IMG/VR virus record: IMGVR_UViG_3300008113_000068
Source: an uncultured virus (IMG/VR IMGVR_UViG_3300008113_000068)
Lineage: Duplodnaviria > Heunggongvirae > Uroviricota > Caudoviricetes
Length of the DNA: 64,000 bases
Strand: one strand, 5' to 3'
Made by a program: the position numbers and the translations under genes. The notes beneath the pieces were generated by a model. It was not told the DNA's origin, made no database searches, and saw only the letters and a list, made by a program, of their open reading frames with translations. The number at the start of each line of letters is the position of its first letter. The stretch's first letter is position 1. Below, piece after piece: positions 9,639 through 20,311 of this stretch.

Positions 9639-12600
9639 TTATACTACAATTTGTAATGAAGTACCACTTCTCCAAACTGCACCACTTGGTAAACCTGCTG
9701 ATGATGTTGGAATACTCATAATTGATAAGTTATTTACAAAAGTTGTACAATTTCTATCTGCTGTAATATCAGAACCAACTATAAAAGATTTAATTCTTCC
9801 ACCAAAAATTTGATTATTAGCTCCACCAAAAATACCAGAAAAACAAGATGCTACACTATTAAAATATCCACCACTAATTGTAGAATAACAATTAGTTACT
9901 GAGTTACTTCCACCACCTAAAATACTACTATAAAGTCCTGTTGCACTATTTGTACATCCTCCCGCTACAACAGTAGCAAAAGCACTAACATTGTTTGACC
10001 TACCGCCACCGATGAATCCACAATCAGCACCATTAGTATGACAAAGACCACCAGTAATTACACCTCCTATACCATTTGATATAAAATTGCTACCTCCTCC
10101 TCCAATAAAACTTCTATCACCAAAATAACCCTGAAAACCAGAAAATCCTATATTGTTTAAATACCCACCTGCTATTACACTGCAACAAGTAAAGTTTGTG
10201 ATACAATTGCCATTTCCACCACCAATAAACGATTGACAAGTACAAGTGGTTATACTATTTGCTCGTCCTCCTGAAATGCTTGATTCTGGAGAACAGTTTC
10301 GATTAAAAATACCACCTGAAACACTTGAACCACAACCTGTCGCCATATTTTGAAAACCACCGCCTATTGTTGAATATTGACCTGCATTAAATACTGTTGG
10401 ATTTACTGAAAATGTACAAGTTGGTAAATCAAAAGTTCCTGCACAAGTGTTATTTCCTACTCCACCTCCAATTACTGCTCCATAAGATAAACAACCAGAT
10501 GTACAATTATATGCAAAGTTGCAGTTACCTCCACCTATGAATCCATCAATTGAATTATTTACATTTTTTCTTCCACCTACAATGGTTGAACGAAATCCGC
10601 TTGATGTATTTAAACATCCGCCACCAATGAAAGACAGACATCCTGAAGCCACTTGACAAGCACCTCCAGAAATAGTTGATATATAACCACTTGAAGTGTT
10701 CGTAAATCCACCACCAATGGATGCAAAACACTGACTTGTTATGTTTCTAAATCCGCCACCTATGGATGAATATTCTGCACTTGATGTATTACAAGTTCCG
10801 CCAACAATTGCTGAACCTCGTGTAAATGTTCTATTAAAGAATCCTCCCCCGATAAAAGTAAATGTATGAATTGATGAATTACTATTACCTCCCGAAATAG
10901 TTGATAATATAGCACAATCACCTGAAATTACATTTTGATAACCACCACCAATTGTATTTCCTGCATTTGTAGCGCAATTGCTTGTGCCTCCTGCAATTGT
11001 ATTTGGGTAAAATTGTACATAATCAACAGAACCTGTACGGATAGTATTTGCATAACCACCTCCAATTGTATGAGAACCATAAGTTTGAGAACAATAACCA
11101 CTCCAAGTCGTTTCTATAAGATTACTTTGTCCGCCACCAATAGTATAACCACACCATCTGTTATTATAACCCGAATTAGTTCCACAAATCCTATTACCAA
11201 CACCGCCATTAATTGATGATTTTTGAACCTCACAACATATAAAATTACATTCTCCACCACTAATACTTGAAAATGCACCCGTTGCTCTGTTTTGAAATCC
11301 TCCACCCACAAATGAGTATTGTCCTGCATTACATTTTGTTGGTGCAACGCTAAATGCACATGAAGCTAATGACCATGTACCACCTGTTGTGTTATTTCCA
11401 ACACCACCAACGACTACTGCTCCATACGACAAACATCCACTTGTAACATTGCATACATTATTGCAGTTACCGCCACCAATAAAACCATCAATTGAATTAT
11501 TTATGTTTTTACATCCACCTACAATTACGGAACGTAATCCGCTTGACGTATTTATTTGTCCGCCACTTACTACTGAAATATCACCACTCGAAATGTTTCC
11601 AACTCCACCGCCAATTACACTTAAAGCACCACTTGACGTATTACTTTGTCCTCCCGATATTGTTGAACAATTACTGCTTATTGTATGGCTGACACCACCC
11701 CCAATACTGCCATATTCTGCTAAAACTTTATTTGCACGACCTCCACTTATAGTTCCCCCACAACACAAAGAGCAATTAGCATATCCTCCACTTATAGTTG
11801 ATGATTCACTATTTGCTCCTATAAAATTATTAATACCACCTCCAATAAAGTTAAATCCTTCACTTAAATAATATGAAGTAGTTCCGCATATTCTATTGTT
11901 AAATCCACCTGCAATAGTGTCCCTTCCATTATAAAAACTACAAGTGCTATCTGAAGTAACACTAATACAATTACTCGTTCCACCTCCTATAAATCCACCA
12001 CAAGTATCTCTAAAATCTCTAAAACTCTGAATAATATTTGATTGACCACCACCAATTGTTGAATATTGTGTAATTGACATTGAATTACCATTACCTCCAA
12101 CTATGCTACTTGAAAAAACATTAGATAAAGAGTTAGCACAACCACCACCAATAAACGAACTTCCAATTGATGCAGTCATTCTGTTGCAACAACCACCGAC
12201 TATTGATGATGCAACAACCGAAGAAGAATTACAAAAAGCATTTTGAAAACCTCCTCCAATAAAATTATATAAAGAACAAGTAGTTGATGTAATTGTAGGA
12301 GCTACTGTAAAACAACAACTTGCTAATGTCCAAGTACCACCTGTTGTATTGTTACCTACACCACCTACTACAACAACTCCAAATGCTAAACATCCACTTG
12401 TTGCGTTACATATATTATTGCAATTACCTCCACCAATAAAACCATCAAATGCATTGTTATAATTTTTTTTTCCTCCAACTATTGTTGATTGTAAACCAAT
12501 GGCTGCATTTGAAAATCCACCTCCAATAAAAGAATTACAACCAGTTGAACTATTGCAAAAACCTCCAGAAACAACGGACCTTTGTCCACTCGTTATATTT

Positions 12601-12998
12601 TTTTCCCCACCACCTAAGAAACTTATATTTCCACTACTTGTATTACAAAATCCACCACCAATAACGGTGTAATTATTAGATATTGTATTACAAAATCCAG
12701 CACCGATAAATGCCATTCTTGAATTAGTAGTTTCTATATTACATTGACCTCCTACAATAGTTCCAAAATCTCCGAAATATCCAGAAGATGTGCAATTTGA
12801 ATCACCTCCACCTATAAATGAATAATTAGCATTTGCTTTATTGTTTTGACCGAAAACTGTTGAATAATTACCGGATGCAGTATTACCTGCACAAATTCTC
12901 ATCGTTGAAGTTAAACCACTTCCGCATTGTACTATCCAACAACATGATGCCGGACCAGATCCACCTCCACCGCCTGATTGAAAACCAAATTCACTCAT
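9639..12998 (-). CDS. Gly/Cys/Asn-rich repeat fibre or spike protein B, 1119 aa
   Basis: About 15-aa S-x-I-G-G-G-x-x-N beta-roll repeats (YadA-head-like); C-terminal IPTSSAGLPSGAVW. Confidence 0.8.
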   Translation of the reverse strand: MSEFGFQSGGGGGSGPASCCWIVQCGSGLTSTMRICAGNTASGNYSTVFGQNNKANANYSFIGGGDSNCTSSGYFGDFGTIVGGQCNIETTNSRMAFIGAGFCNTISNNYTVIGGGFCNTSSGNISFLGGGEKNITSGQRSVVSGGFCNSSTGCNSFIGGGFSNAAIGLQSTIVGGKKNYNNAFDGFIGGGNCNNICNATSGCLAFGVVVVGGVGNNTTGGTWTLASCCFTVAPTITSTTCSLYNFIGGGFQNAFCNSSSVVASSIVGGCCNRMTASIGSSFIGGGCANSLSNVFSSSIVGGNGNSMSITQYSTIGGGQSNIIQSFRDFRDTCGGFIGGGTSNCISVTSDSTCSFYNGRDTIAGGFNNRICGTTSYYLSEGFNFIGGGINNFIGANSESSTISGGYANCSLCCGGTISGGRANKVLAEYGSIGGGVSHTISSNCSTISGGQSNTSSGALSVIGGGVGNISSGDISVVSGGQINTSSGLRSVIVGGCKNINNSIDGFIGGGNCNNVCNVTSGCLSYGAVVVGGVGNNTTGGTWSLASCAFSVAPTKCNAGQYSFVGGGFQNRATGAFSSISGGECNFICCEVQKSSINGGVGNRICGTNSGYNNRWCGYTIGGGQSNLIETTWSGYCSQTYGSHTIGGGYANTIRTGSVDYVQFYPNTIAGGTSNCATNAGNTIGGGYQNVISGDCAILSTISGGNSNSSIHTFTFIGGGFFNRTFTRGSAIVGGTCNTSSAEYSSIGGGFRNITSQCFASIGGGFTNTSSGYISTISGGACQVASGCLSFIGGGCLNTSSGFRSTIVGGRKNVNNSIDGFIGGGNCNFAYNCTSGCLSYGAVIGGGVGNNTCAGTFDLPTCTFSVNPTVFNAGQYSTIGGGFQNMATGCGSSVSGGIFNRNCSPESSISGGRANSITTCTCQSFIGGGNGNCITNFTCCSVIAGGYLNNIGFSGFQGYFGDRSFIGGGGSNFISNGIGGVITGGLCHTNGADCGFIGGGRSNNVSAFATVVAGGCTNSATGLYSSILGGGSNSVTNCYSTISGGYFNSVASCFSGIFGGANNQIFGGRIKSFIVGSDITADRNCTTFVNNLSIMSIPTSSAGLPSGAVWRSGTSLQIVV

Positions 12999-13008
12999 AT
13001 ATATTTTA

Positions 13009-16000
13009 TTAAACTATATTTAATACGTTTCCATTCTTCCAAACTGCCCCACTTGGTAAACCTGCTGATGATGTTGGAATATTCATAATGGATAAGTTAT
13101 TTACAAATGTTGCACATGGTCTATTTGATGTAATATTAGATCCAACAATGAATGCACAATCATTAGAGGCCGTGTTAAAAGCACCTCCAAAAACACCAGA
13201 ATAAGGTGCATTAGCAGTATTACGTTTACCTCCAACTACTATTGTATACTCATTACTTGCAGTTTGACAAAAACCTCCCCCAACAAATGTGTAATAACCA
13301 CTTGCAGTATTACGTTTACCTCCACCCATTACTGCCGTTCCTCCACTTGCATTATTGAGATACCCACCACTTATGGTAGAAAAAGTACCACTGGCTGTAA
13401 TACTCGCACCAGATCCGACAAAACTTGCATTACCAGTTGCTGCATTATTATTTCCGCCAGCTACTGTTGCACTTTGATTAGATGCACTATTTCCTTGTCC
13501 TCCAACTACTGTAGAACTTATACCAGAAGCAGTATTTTGATAACCTCCACTTACGGTAGCATTTGTAGCACATGAATTATTTTTTAATCCTCCAACTATT
13601 GTTGAACCGTATGAACTTGATGTATTACATCTACCACCAGCTACTGTTGACTGAGAAGCACTAGCTTTGTTCTGAAATCCACCACCAACGAATGAATATA
13701 TACCCGCATTACATATAGTTGGTGCTACTGTAAATTGACAACTTGCTAAAGACCATGTTCCACCTACAGTATTATTACCTACACCTCCTGTTACTACAGC
13801 CCCATAAGCAAGACAGCCACTTGTTGAGTTGCATGTGTTATTACAGTTACCTCCACCGATAAAGCCATCAATTGAATTATTTAGATTTTTAAATCCTCCA
13901 ACTACTGCTGAACGTAAACCACTAGCTGTATTACATTGACTAAATACTGTTGAATAATCACCAGATGCAGTATTTGTTGCACCACATCTTAAAGTAGATG
14001 TAGCGCCTGCTCCTAATACAACAATTCCACCACCTCCGCCACCAGCAGTATAAGGAACAAGTAAACCATTTGTAGAAACACAAATCCCACAACCGGTACA
14101 AGCACTTGCACTAACTATTGTCAAGTCATTAACAAAGGTTGTACAAGCTCTATTTGTTGTGATGTTACTACCAACAATAAACGAACAAGCTTGATTTACA
14201 ACATTTGTACTACCACCTAAAATACCTGAATATAATGAAAATGCACAATTTGAAATACCTCCTAAAATTACAGATCCCTCTCCTGATACTTGATTTTTAC
14301 AACCACCTACGATAATTGACAGGCTCGATGATGCTCTGTTTTGAAATCCACCTCCTATAAAAGATACACAACCTGCAGTACAACGAGTTGGAAAACCAGT
14401 CCAATTACAATTATATGAAGACCAAGTTCCTCCTGTTGTGTTGTTACCAATACCTCCTACAACAACTGCTCCTGTGGTTTGTCCTGCAGCAAAAGTACCA
14501 CATGTAGTATTATAATTACCTCCTCCAATAAATGTGTCAACAGCATTAGATAAATTATAATATCCTCCGCTTATTGTTGAACATTTATTAGATATAGTAT
14601 TACATCCTCCCCCTCCGATTACAGAACCACAACCCATAGTAGACAATAAAGTATTACAGCAAATTAAATTACAACAACCTCCATTAATAGTTGAATAATA
14701 ACTAGATGTTGTATTACATCTACCTCCTGTTACATTTGATAAACGACCACTTGATGTATTTTGAGAACCTCCACTTATAGTTGAACGATAACCACTGGAT
14801 GTATTACTAACTCCACCACCTACAAACGAACCTTGATTACTTGCTACATTACCATCTCCTCCAACAATCGCTGAAAAACCACCACTAGCATTATTGAGAT
14901 ATCCACCACTTACAATAGAAAATTGAGCAGTAGCATTATTTGCAAAACCTCCACCTATTGTTGCGCCAACACCTGTTGAATTATTTTGTTGACCACCGCC
15001 TATTGTATTTGGATAAAATGCAGCATAATCAGAGCTTACAGTATAACCAGCTAAATTTTGAAATCCTCCGCCAATAACATGTTGTGCATTATATGTAGAA
15101 TAACAACCACTAAATGATGTATTAATTGAATTTAAAAACCCACCTCCAATAAATGAATATGGACGCCAAACAGAATAACTAGCTGAGTTTGTACCTGACA
15201 TAGAGTTTTGCACACCGCCAGCTATAGTGGATAAAAATAACTGTGAACTAAGAGTATTATTTTGACCTCCAGTAATTACATTGTTTAAACCACCAGCGAT
15301 GTTATTACCTTGACCACTTCCAATAAAACTATATTGTCCAGCATTACAATTAAAACAACCTCCTCCAATTGTTGCCCCAAAGACAGTTGTGCGATTACAA
15401 AGACCTCCTCCAATTGTTGAATAACATCCACTAGCGGTATTATTATATCCGCCTCCAATTGATGAGTTTTGTCCTGAAGAAGTATTTAGATTACCTCCAC
15501 TTATTGTGGATCCCAAATTTGTTGCACTGTTTTGAAATCCTCCTCCTACGAATGAGTATGAACCTGCGTTGCAAATTGTTGGTGCAACACTAAATGCACA
15601 TGAAGCTAATGACCATGTACCTCCTGTGGTATTATTTCCTACACCACCTACTACAACTGCTCCAAAAGATAAACACCCGCTTGTTGAATTACAAACATTG
15701 TTACAATTTCCACCACCTACAAATCCATCTATTGAATTGTTCAAGTTTTTGAAACCTCCACCATTTGTTGAGCGAAATCCGCTTGATATATTACATCTTC
15801 CTCCTGATACAGTTGAAAAACAATTATTTGCTGTATTTTGATACCCGCCACTTACCGTTGAACCATAACCACTTGATGTAATGAGCCTACCTCCACCTGC
15901 CGTTGAATATGTACCACTTGCCACAGCAACTGAACCTCCAGCTACTGTTGAACCACTTGCACTTGAAGTATTTTGTCTACCTCCACCAACCGTTGAATAA

Positions 16001-17463
16001 CCACTACTTGATGTATTAAAAAGTCCACCTGATATTAATGAACAATTACCATTGGCGACATTACAATATCCTCCACTATTAGTTGACTTGCAACCACTCG
16101 CTGTATTACATTGACCAAATACTGTTGAAAAATCACCAGATGCTAAATTTGTTGCTCCACATCTTAAAGTAGATGTAGCACCTGTTCCTAACACAACAAT
16201 TCCAGATCCACCTCCACCAGCGGTGTATGGAACAAGTAAACCATTTGTTGAAACACAAACACCACAACCACTACAAGCTGCTGCACTTACTATTGTTAAA
16301 TCATTAACAAATGTTGTACAAGCTCTATTTGTTGTGATGTTACTACCTACAATAAATGAACACGCACTTGATGCTATGTTACTAATACCACCTAAAATTC
16401 CTGTTGCATTACCACTTGCAGTATTTAAACATCCACCACCTATAAATGAGTTTGCTAAACTCGCTGTATTAGACCATCCTCCTGCAATTGTATCTACACA
16501 ACCACTCGCTACATTACAAAGTCCACCTCCAATTGTTGAGAATCCTCCACTTGTATTATTATTAAATCCTCCTCCAATTGTTGTGCCACTATTTGAAGAT
16601 GTATTTTGAGAACCACCACTAACTACTGCATTATTTGATGTTGCTCTATTTTGAAATCCGCCTCCTATGAATGAGTATTGACCTGCATTACAAATCGTTG
16701 GTGCAACAGTAAATGCACAAGATGCTAAAGACCATGTTCCGCCGAAAGTATTGTTACCAACACCACCAACAACTACCGCTCCGTAAGCAAGGCAACCCGA
16801 TGTTGAATTACAAACATTATTGCAATTTCCACCTCCAATAAAACCATCAAAAGAGTTGTTAAGATTTCCTCTTCCACTACCAATAAATGACCGATAACCA
16901 GATGCAGTATTAGAAGCTCCACCTCCAAGTATTGAACTTTGTCCAGAAGCAATGTTAGCAACACCTCCAAGTACACTTGAACCTGGACTACTAGCCGTAT
17001 TACTAAAGCCACCTAATACAGAAGTATAACATGCGGTTGAAGAATTATTTGAACCTCCACCAATTGTGGACATTAGTCCAGATGCCGTATTAACATAACC
17101 TCCCGAAATAGTTGAACTAGTTTGAGGTGCAGTATTTTGACGACCACCACTTACTGTTGCAAAAAAAGCAGATGCTGTGTTAGAAAAACCACCACTTACT
17201 GTTGAGTATTCACCACATGCTGTATTACTATTACCGAATGCAGTTGAGCAATTTCCTGATGCAATATTACTATTTCCACATCTTAATGTCGAACCACAAC
17301 CCGCTCCTAATACAACAATTCCACCTCCAGCAGTTGAGCAAACAGTAACTACTCCAACACCACATGCGGGTGAAATAGCAATGTTTGTACCAGCAACTAA
17401 TTGAGTTACGCCACCACCACCAGATCCACCACCGGATCCTGACTGAAAACCAAATTCACTCAT
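13009..17463 (-). CDS. Gly/Cys/Asn-rich repeat fibre or spike protein A, 1484 aa
   Basis: Same repeats, same MSEFGFQSG start and same C-terminal motif as its paralog; built from three tandem segments. Confidence 0.8.
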   Translation of the reverse strand: MSEFGFQSGSGGGSGGGGVTQLVAGTNIAISPACGVGVVTVCSTAGGGIVVLGAGCGSTLRCGNSNIASGNCSTAFGNSNTACGEYSTVSGGFSNTASAFFATVSGGRQNTAPQTSSTISGGYVNTASGLMSTIGGGSNNSSTACYTSVLGGFSNTASSPGSSVLGGVANIASGQSSILGGGASNTASGYRSFIGSGRGNLNNSFDGFIGGGNCNNVCNSTSGCLAYGAVVVGGVGNNTFGGTWSLASCAFTVAPTICNAGQYSFIGGGFQNRATSNNAVVSGGSQNTSSNSGTTIGGGFNNNTSGGFSTIGGGLCNVASGCVDTIAGGWSNTASLANSFIGGGCLNTASGNATGILGGISNIASSACSFIVGSNITTNRACTTFVNDLTIVSAAACSGCGVCVSTNGLLVPYTAGGGGSGIVVLGTGATSTLRCGATNLASGDFSTVFGQCNTASGCKSTNSGGYCNVANGNCSLISGGLFNTSSSGYSTVGGGRQNTSSASGSTVAGGSVAVASGTYSTAGGGRLITSSGYGSTVSGGYQNTANNCFSTVSGGRCNISSGFRSTNGGGFKNLNNSIDGFVGGGNCNNVCNSTSGCLSFGAVVVGGVGNNTTGGTWSLASCAFSVAPTICNAGSYSFVGGGFQNSATNLGSTISGGNLNTSSGQNSSIGGGYNNTASGCYSTIGGGLCNRTTVFGATIGGGCFNCNAGQYSFIGSGQGNNIAGGLNNVITGGQNNTLSSQLFLSTIAGGVQNSMSGTNSASYSVWRPYSFIGGGFLNSINTSFSGCYSTYNAQHVIGGGFQNLAGYTVSSDYAAFYPNTIGGGQQNNSTGVGATIGGGFANNATAQFSIVSGGYLNNASGGFSAIVGGDGNVASNQGSFVGGGVSNTSSGYRSTISGGSQNTSSGRLSNVTGGRCNTTSSYYSTINGGCCNLICCNTLLSTMGCGSVIGGGGCNTISNKCSTISGGYYNLSNAVDTFIGGGNYNTTCGTFAAGQTTGAVVVGGIGNNTTGGTWSSYNCNWTGFPTRCTAGCVSFIGGGFQNRASSSLSIIVGGCKNQVSGEGSVILGGISNCAFSLYSGILGGSTNVVNQACSFIVGSNITTNRACTTFVNDLTIVSASACTGCGICVSTNGLLVPYTAGGGGGGIVVLGAGATSTLRCGATNTASGDYSTVFSQCNTASGLRSAVVGGFKNLNNSIDGFIGGGNCNNTCNSTSGCLAYGAVVTGGVGNNTVGGTWSLASCQFTVAPTICNAGIYSFVGGGFQNKASASQSTVAGGRCNTSSSYGSTIVGGLKNNSCATNATVSGGYQNTASGISSTVVGGQGNSASNQSATVAGGNNNAATGNASFVGSGASITASGTFSTISGGYLNNASGGTAVMGGGKRNTASGYYTFVGGGFCQTASNEYTIVVGGKRNTANAPYSGVFGGAFNTASNDCAFIVGSNITSNRPCATFVNNLSIMNIPTSSAGLPSGAVWKNGNVLNIV

Positions 17464-17481
17464 ATATATATTTTTTAAGTG

Positions 17482-17754
17482 TTATTTAGCAATCACCTGA
17501 AATACTCCACCCGCTGTTGAATCAATTGTAATAGTTCCTAATGTATATCCAGAATCTGCATTTAACAAAATAGGTTGACCTACTGTCAAAGCTGCAGTAC
17601 CTAAAGTTGCACCTGGTGTAGCTGCTGTACCTAAAATGGTTGCAACTCCTGATAATAAATTGATTGAAACAACGCTTAATCCCATTGTTTCTGTAAGAAC
17701 GAATGTAGTATTTGTAAATGTTGCGGTAAATACACTTTGTGTTTTAAAACCCAT
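17482..17754 (-). CDS. Small beta-rich protein (possible vertex or fibre base)
   Basis: 90 aa, Thr/Gly/Val-rich; first gene of the fibre operon. Confidence 0.65.
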   Translation of the reverse strand: MGFKTQSVFTATFTNTTFVLTETMGLSVVSINLLSGVATILGTAATPGATLGTAALTVGQPILLNADSGYTLGTITIDSTAGGVFQVIAK

Positions 17755-17794
17755 AATTTCTATTTTTTACTTATTAAGATAAAATATCTTAATG

Positions 17795-17802
17795 CAAATA
17801 TA
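17795..17802 (-). promoter_or_regulatory. Bacteroidota -7 promoter box TATATTTG
   Basis: TAnnTTTG about 40 nt upstream of the fibre operon. Confidence 0.55.
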
Positions 17803-17870
17803 ATAATTGCGCACATACTACCTGTGTTTAAAAAGTTATAAAACCAATTTAACACATAAGTATGAACGTG

Positions 17871-18362
17871 TTATTCTTTCTTTCTTAATACAAAAAATGC
17901 AATAGCACCTAATACCACTACAACACCAACTCCAATTGCTATTTTCGTGTTCTTAGACATTGGTTCTGTTGTTTTTGGTGTAGATGTATCATCACCTTTC
18001 AATGCCTTCGCTAATTCAACATCTGATGCCTTATCTTGTGATAATCCTTTATTCAAATCTGCGCGAGATTGAATTTCTGCTGTTTTAGCTCCTTTTTTGA
18101 CAAATCTTGCGTCTTGTCTTCGTTTTTTGTTTGATTGTCTTCTTGCTTTACCACCATCTGCCGGATAAAAATTATCTTGGTCATAATAGTTAGGTGTGTT
18201 TTGTGCAGCGGATGCTGCAACCATTGTTACAATACCATCTTCATTTGCATAATTTCCATCAGCAGGATAGAAATCATCTTGGTCTAATGTTCTACGTGTA
18301 TCAGATGGTGATGATTGCTCAATTGAAATGTTTTCACCATCAAGTTCTAAATTTGTTTTCAT
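17871..18362 (-). CDS. Virion membrane protein: acidic leader, basic segment, C-terminal TM
   Basis: FYPADG twice and YANEDG; PMSKNTK followed by TM and RKKE. Confidence 0.7.
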   Translation of the reverse strand: MKTNLELDGENISIEQSSPSDTRRTLDQDDFYPADGNYANEDGIVTMVAASAAQNTPNYYDQDNFYPADGGKARRQSNKKRRQDARFVKKGAKTAEIQSRADLNKGLSQDKASDVELAKALKGDDTSTPKTTEPMSKNTKIAIGVGVVVVLGAIAFFVLRKKE

Positions 18363-18928
18363 TTCTTCTTTATTAATTTAATGTATAAAACATATAAAGC
18401 AACTACACCAATTGCAATTACTATAATTTGTTTTGAATCAGTTTTTTTACCAGTAACTGCTGGTTTATACTTTTTGGCTTCTTCATCTAATTGCTTTAAA
18501 TTGTTACTTTTAATAACAGATAAAACCTTAGGTACATAATCGTTTGCTTCTGCATACCCTGCTTTAGCAATCGCTTGAATTTGTTCTTCTGGTGTTTTCG
18601 CTTTGAACACTCCCGCGTTTTCATACCTTTTGTTCTTTTGCAAGAATGAAGTATGGTCTGATACAGAATCAGCAGGCGATGGATATTTACGAAATACAGA
18701 TACTTTATTTGCATCATTGGGTGTTTTCAACGAAATAGTTTCACCTGTCCATCCAACACCCTTTTTAATGCCAAAAAAATTGTTACCTAAACGAGCATTT
18801 GCAGATGCACCCCAACCACTTTCTAATATCATTTGTGACATCTTTACACTTGGGAATATTCCCGTGTTATAAGTTGCTTTAATAACATCGTCTTTGTGCT
18901 TTGATATGAAATCTGTTTGTTTACTCAT
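18359..18928 (-). CDS. GH73 glucosaminidase/muramidase (FlgJ-like) with C-terminal TM
   Basis: QMILESGWG, NNFFGIK, FRKY and GYAEANDY, then a TM anchor. Confidence 0.88.
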   Translation of the reverse strand: MSKQTDFISKHKDDVIKATYNTGIFPSVKMSQMILESGWGASANARLGNNFFGIKKGVGWTGETISLKTPNDANKVSVFRKYPSPADSVSDHTSFLQKNKRYENAGVFKAKTPEEQIQAIAKAGYAEANDYVPKVLSVIKSNNLKQLDEEAKKYKPAVTGKKTDSKQIIVIAIGVVALYVLYIKLIKKK

Positions 18929-18931
18929 TTG

Positions 18932-19699
18932 TTATGCTTTTACGAAGTAATTAGCCAATCCCCATTTGTAATTACCACCATTGTCTGGTAAATAAAACCC
19001 ATTTGCTTTTACTTTTACAGCAACTTCAATTGGATTAATATCTAAAACAACATCACCTGTTTTTGTTCTAAATGTTTTACCACCCCAAACAAATGCAGAT
19101 TTATCATTATCAAGATTAAATGCCCATAATTTTAACCAACTTGGATCTCGCTTTTCTAAGTATTCTCTTTTCACTTTTGACCCTGTTCCTTTTGCAAGAA
19201 TTAAGCTAATAGCTTTTTCAACGTCAGCAGGAATAGTTGTACCACCGCCAACAGTTGAAGGTGAATAACTAGAACCAAATAATGTAAATGCAGATTTAGT
19301 TGAAGGTCCATAAATACCATAACCTTTTCCACCAACATGGCGATTTGGTTCAGAAGGTGTACCTACACGTATGTTTTTATACTTACCATCAGTATCTTTA
19401 ATCCATAAAGGATGATTTTTATCCATCCAATCCTGGAACGCTTTAATTTTTTCAACTGTATTCAATGCAGTTGGCGTTGTAACAACTGTACCACCACCAC
19501 CTGTACCACCGCCACCAGTAGTTATAGTTGTTGGTTCACCATTTGGAGTTGAATCTTCAGAATCAGGAATACCATCTCCATCGGTATCAACTATTCCTGG
19601 TTTAGATGATTTAGATTTATTGTAGAAATAATATACTACACCTCCAATAACAATTAATGAACCACCAATAAGCAATAATCTTTTAGTGTTATCGTTCAT
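18932..19699 (-). CDS. N-terminal TM protein with a DxDGDG motif and a peptidoglycan-binding-like segment
   Basis: DTDGDGIPD; IKAFQDWM...GIYGPSTKSAF. Confidence 0.6.
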   Translation of the reverse strand: MNDNTKRLLLIGGSLIVIGGVVYYFYNKSKSSKPGIVDTDGDGIPDSEDSTPNGEPTTITTGGGGTGGGGTVVTTPTALNTVEKIKAFQDWMDKNHPLWIKDTDGKYKNIRVGTPSEPNRHVGGKGYGIYGPSTKSAFTLFGSSYSPSTVGGGTTIPADVEKAISLILAKGTGSKVKREYLEKRDPSWLKLWAFNLDNDKSAFVWGGKTFRTKTGDVVLDINPIEVAVKVKANGFYLPDNGGNYKWGLANYFVKA

Positions 19700-19704
19700 A
19701 ATGA

Positions 19705-19920
19705 TTATTTTTTAACTGTTCCTTTTGCTGGAGCTGATTTTTTAGCTTGAATAGCGGATTGTGCATAAGCACCTGCTACACCACCTAATACTGCTAAACC
19801 TACTACTAAATACATTTTAGAAATACCTGTGTATTTCTTAACTGCGAAATAAGTCAATCCTGCTCCTGCAATTGTTCCAATTACATTTGCTTTTACTTTG
19901 TTTGTTGCTGTTTTTAACAT
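19705..19920 (-). CDS. Small 2-TM virion membrane protein
   Basis: Two Gly/Ala-rich hydrophobic helices with Lys-rich ends. Confidence 0.7.
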   Translation of the reverse strand: MLKTATNKVKANVIGTIAGAGLTYFAVKKYTGISKMYLVVGLAVLGGVAGAYAQSAIQAKKSAPAKGTVKK

Positions 19921-19950
19921 CTCTTTAAATTTTAAATAGTTTGTAAATAA

Positions 19951-20058
19951 TTATTTCTTAACTTGTTTGATAACAAGGAAAGTTAACAATCCGATAATGA
20001 TTAGATTGTGTACGTTTTGTCCACCAAGGAACGTGTTAGGGTTTTTAATGTCAAGCAT
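19951..20058 (-). CDS. 35-aa TM microprotein (not in ORF track)
   Basis: MLDIKNPNTFLGGQNVHNLIIIGLLTFLVIKQVKK fills the intergenic gap. Confidence 0.6.
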   Translation of the reverse strand: MLDIKNPNTFLGGQNVHNLIIIGLLTFLVIKQVKK

Positions 20059-20094
20059 CTTTTCTGGGTTTTTGTTTGTTAATAAAATTGTTAA

Positions 20095-20295
20095 TTAATC
20101 TTTTGTTACTGTTATTACTTTGTCTTTCATTGCGTAATTGAACGCTGCCACACCAACTAAAATAGCGATTACTGGCATAATTCCTTCACGAACATTTTTT
20201 ACAGAAAGCAATTGCATTCCTGCTCCTACTACTAATGCAGCAGATCCTGCGATTGTAGCGATTTTTACTGTTTTTTGAACTGTCGGGTTTTTCAT
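20095..20295 (-). CDS. Small 2-TM membrane protein
   Basis: Two hydrophobic helices. Confidence 0.7.
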   Translation of the reverse strand: MKNPTVQKTVKIATIAGSAALVVGAGMQLLSVKNVREGIMPVIAILVGVAAFNYAMKDKVITVTKD

Positions 20296-20311
20296 TTGAT
20301 TTGATTTTTAA

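Noticed and set aside
10935..17404. Plus-strand and out-of-frame ORFs inside the fibre genes
   Set aside because: Antisense shadows of Gly-rich repeats with no independent coding signal.
9639..17463. Fibre repeats as a diversity-generating retroelement or invertible shufflon
   Set aside because: No reverse transcriptase or invertase in the window, the repeats are direct, and I saw no adenine-specific differences.
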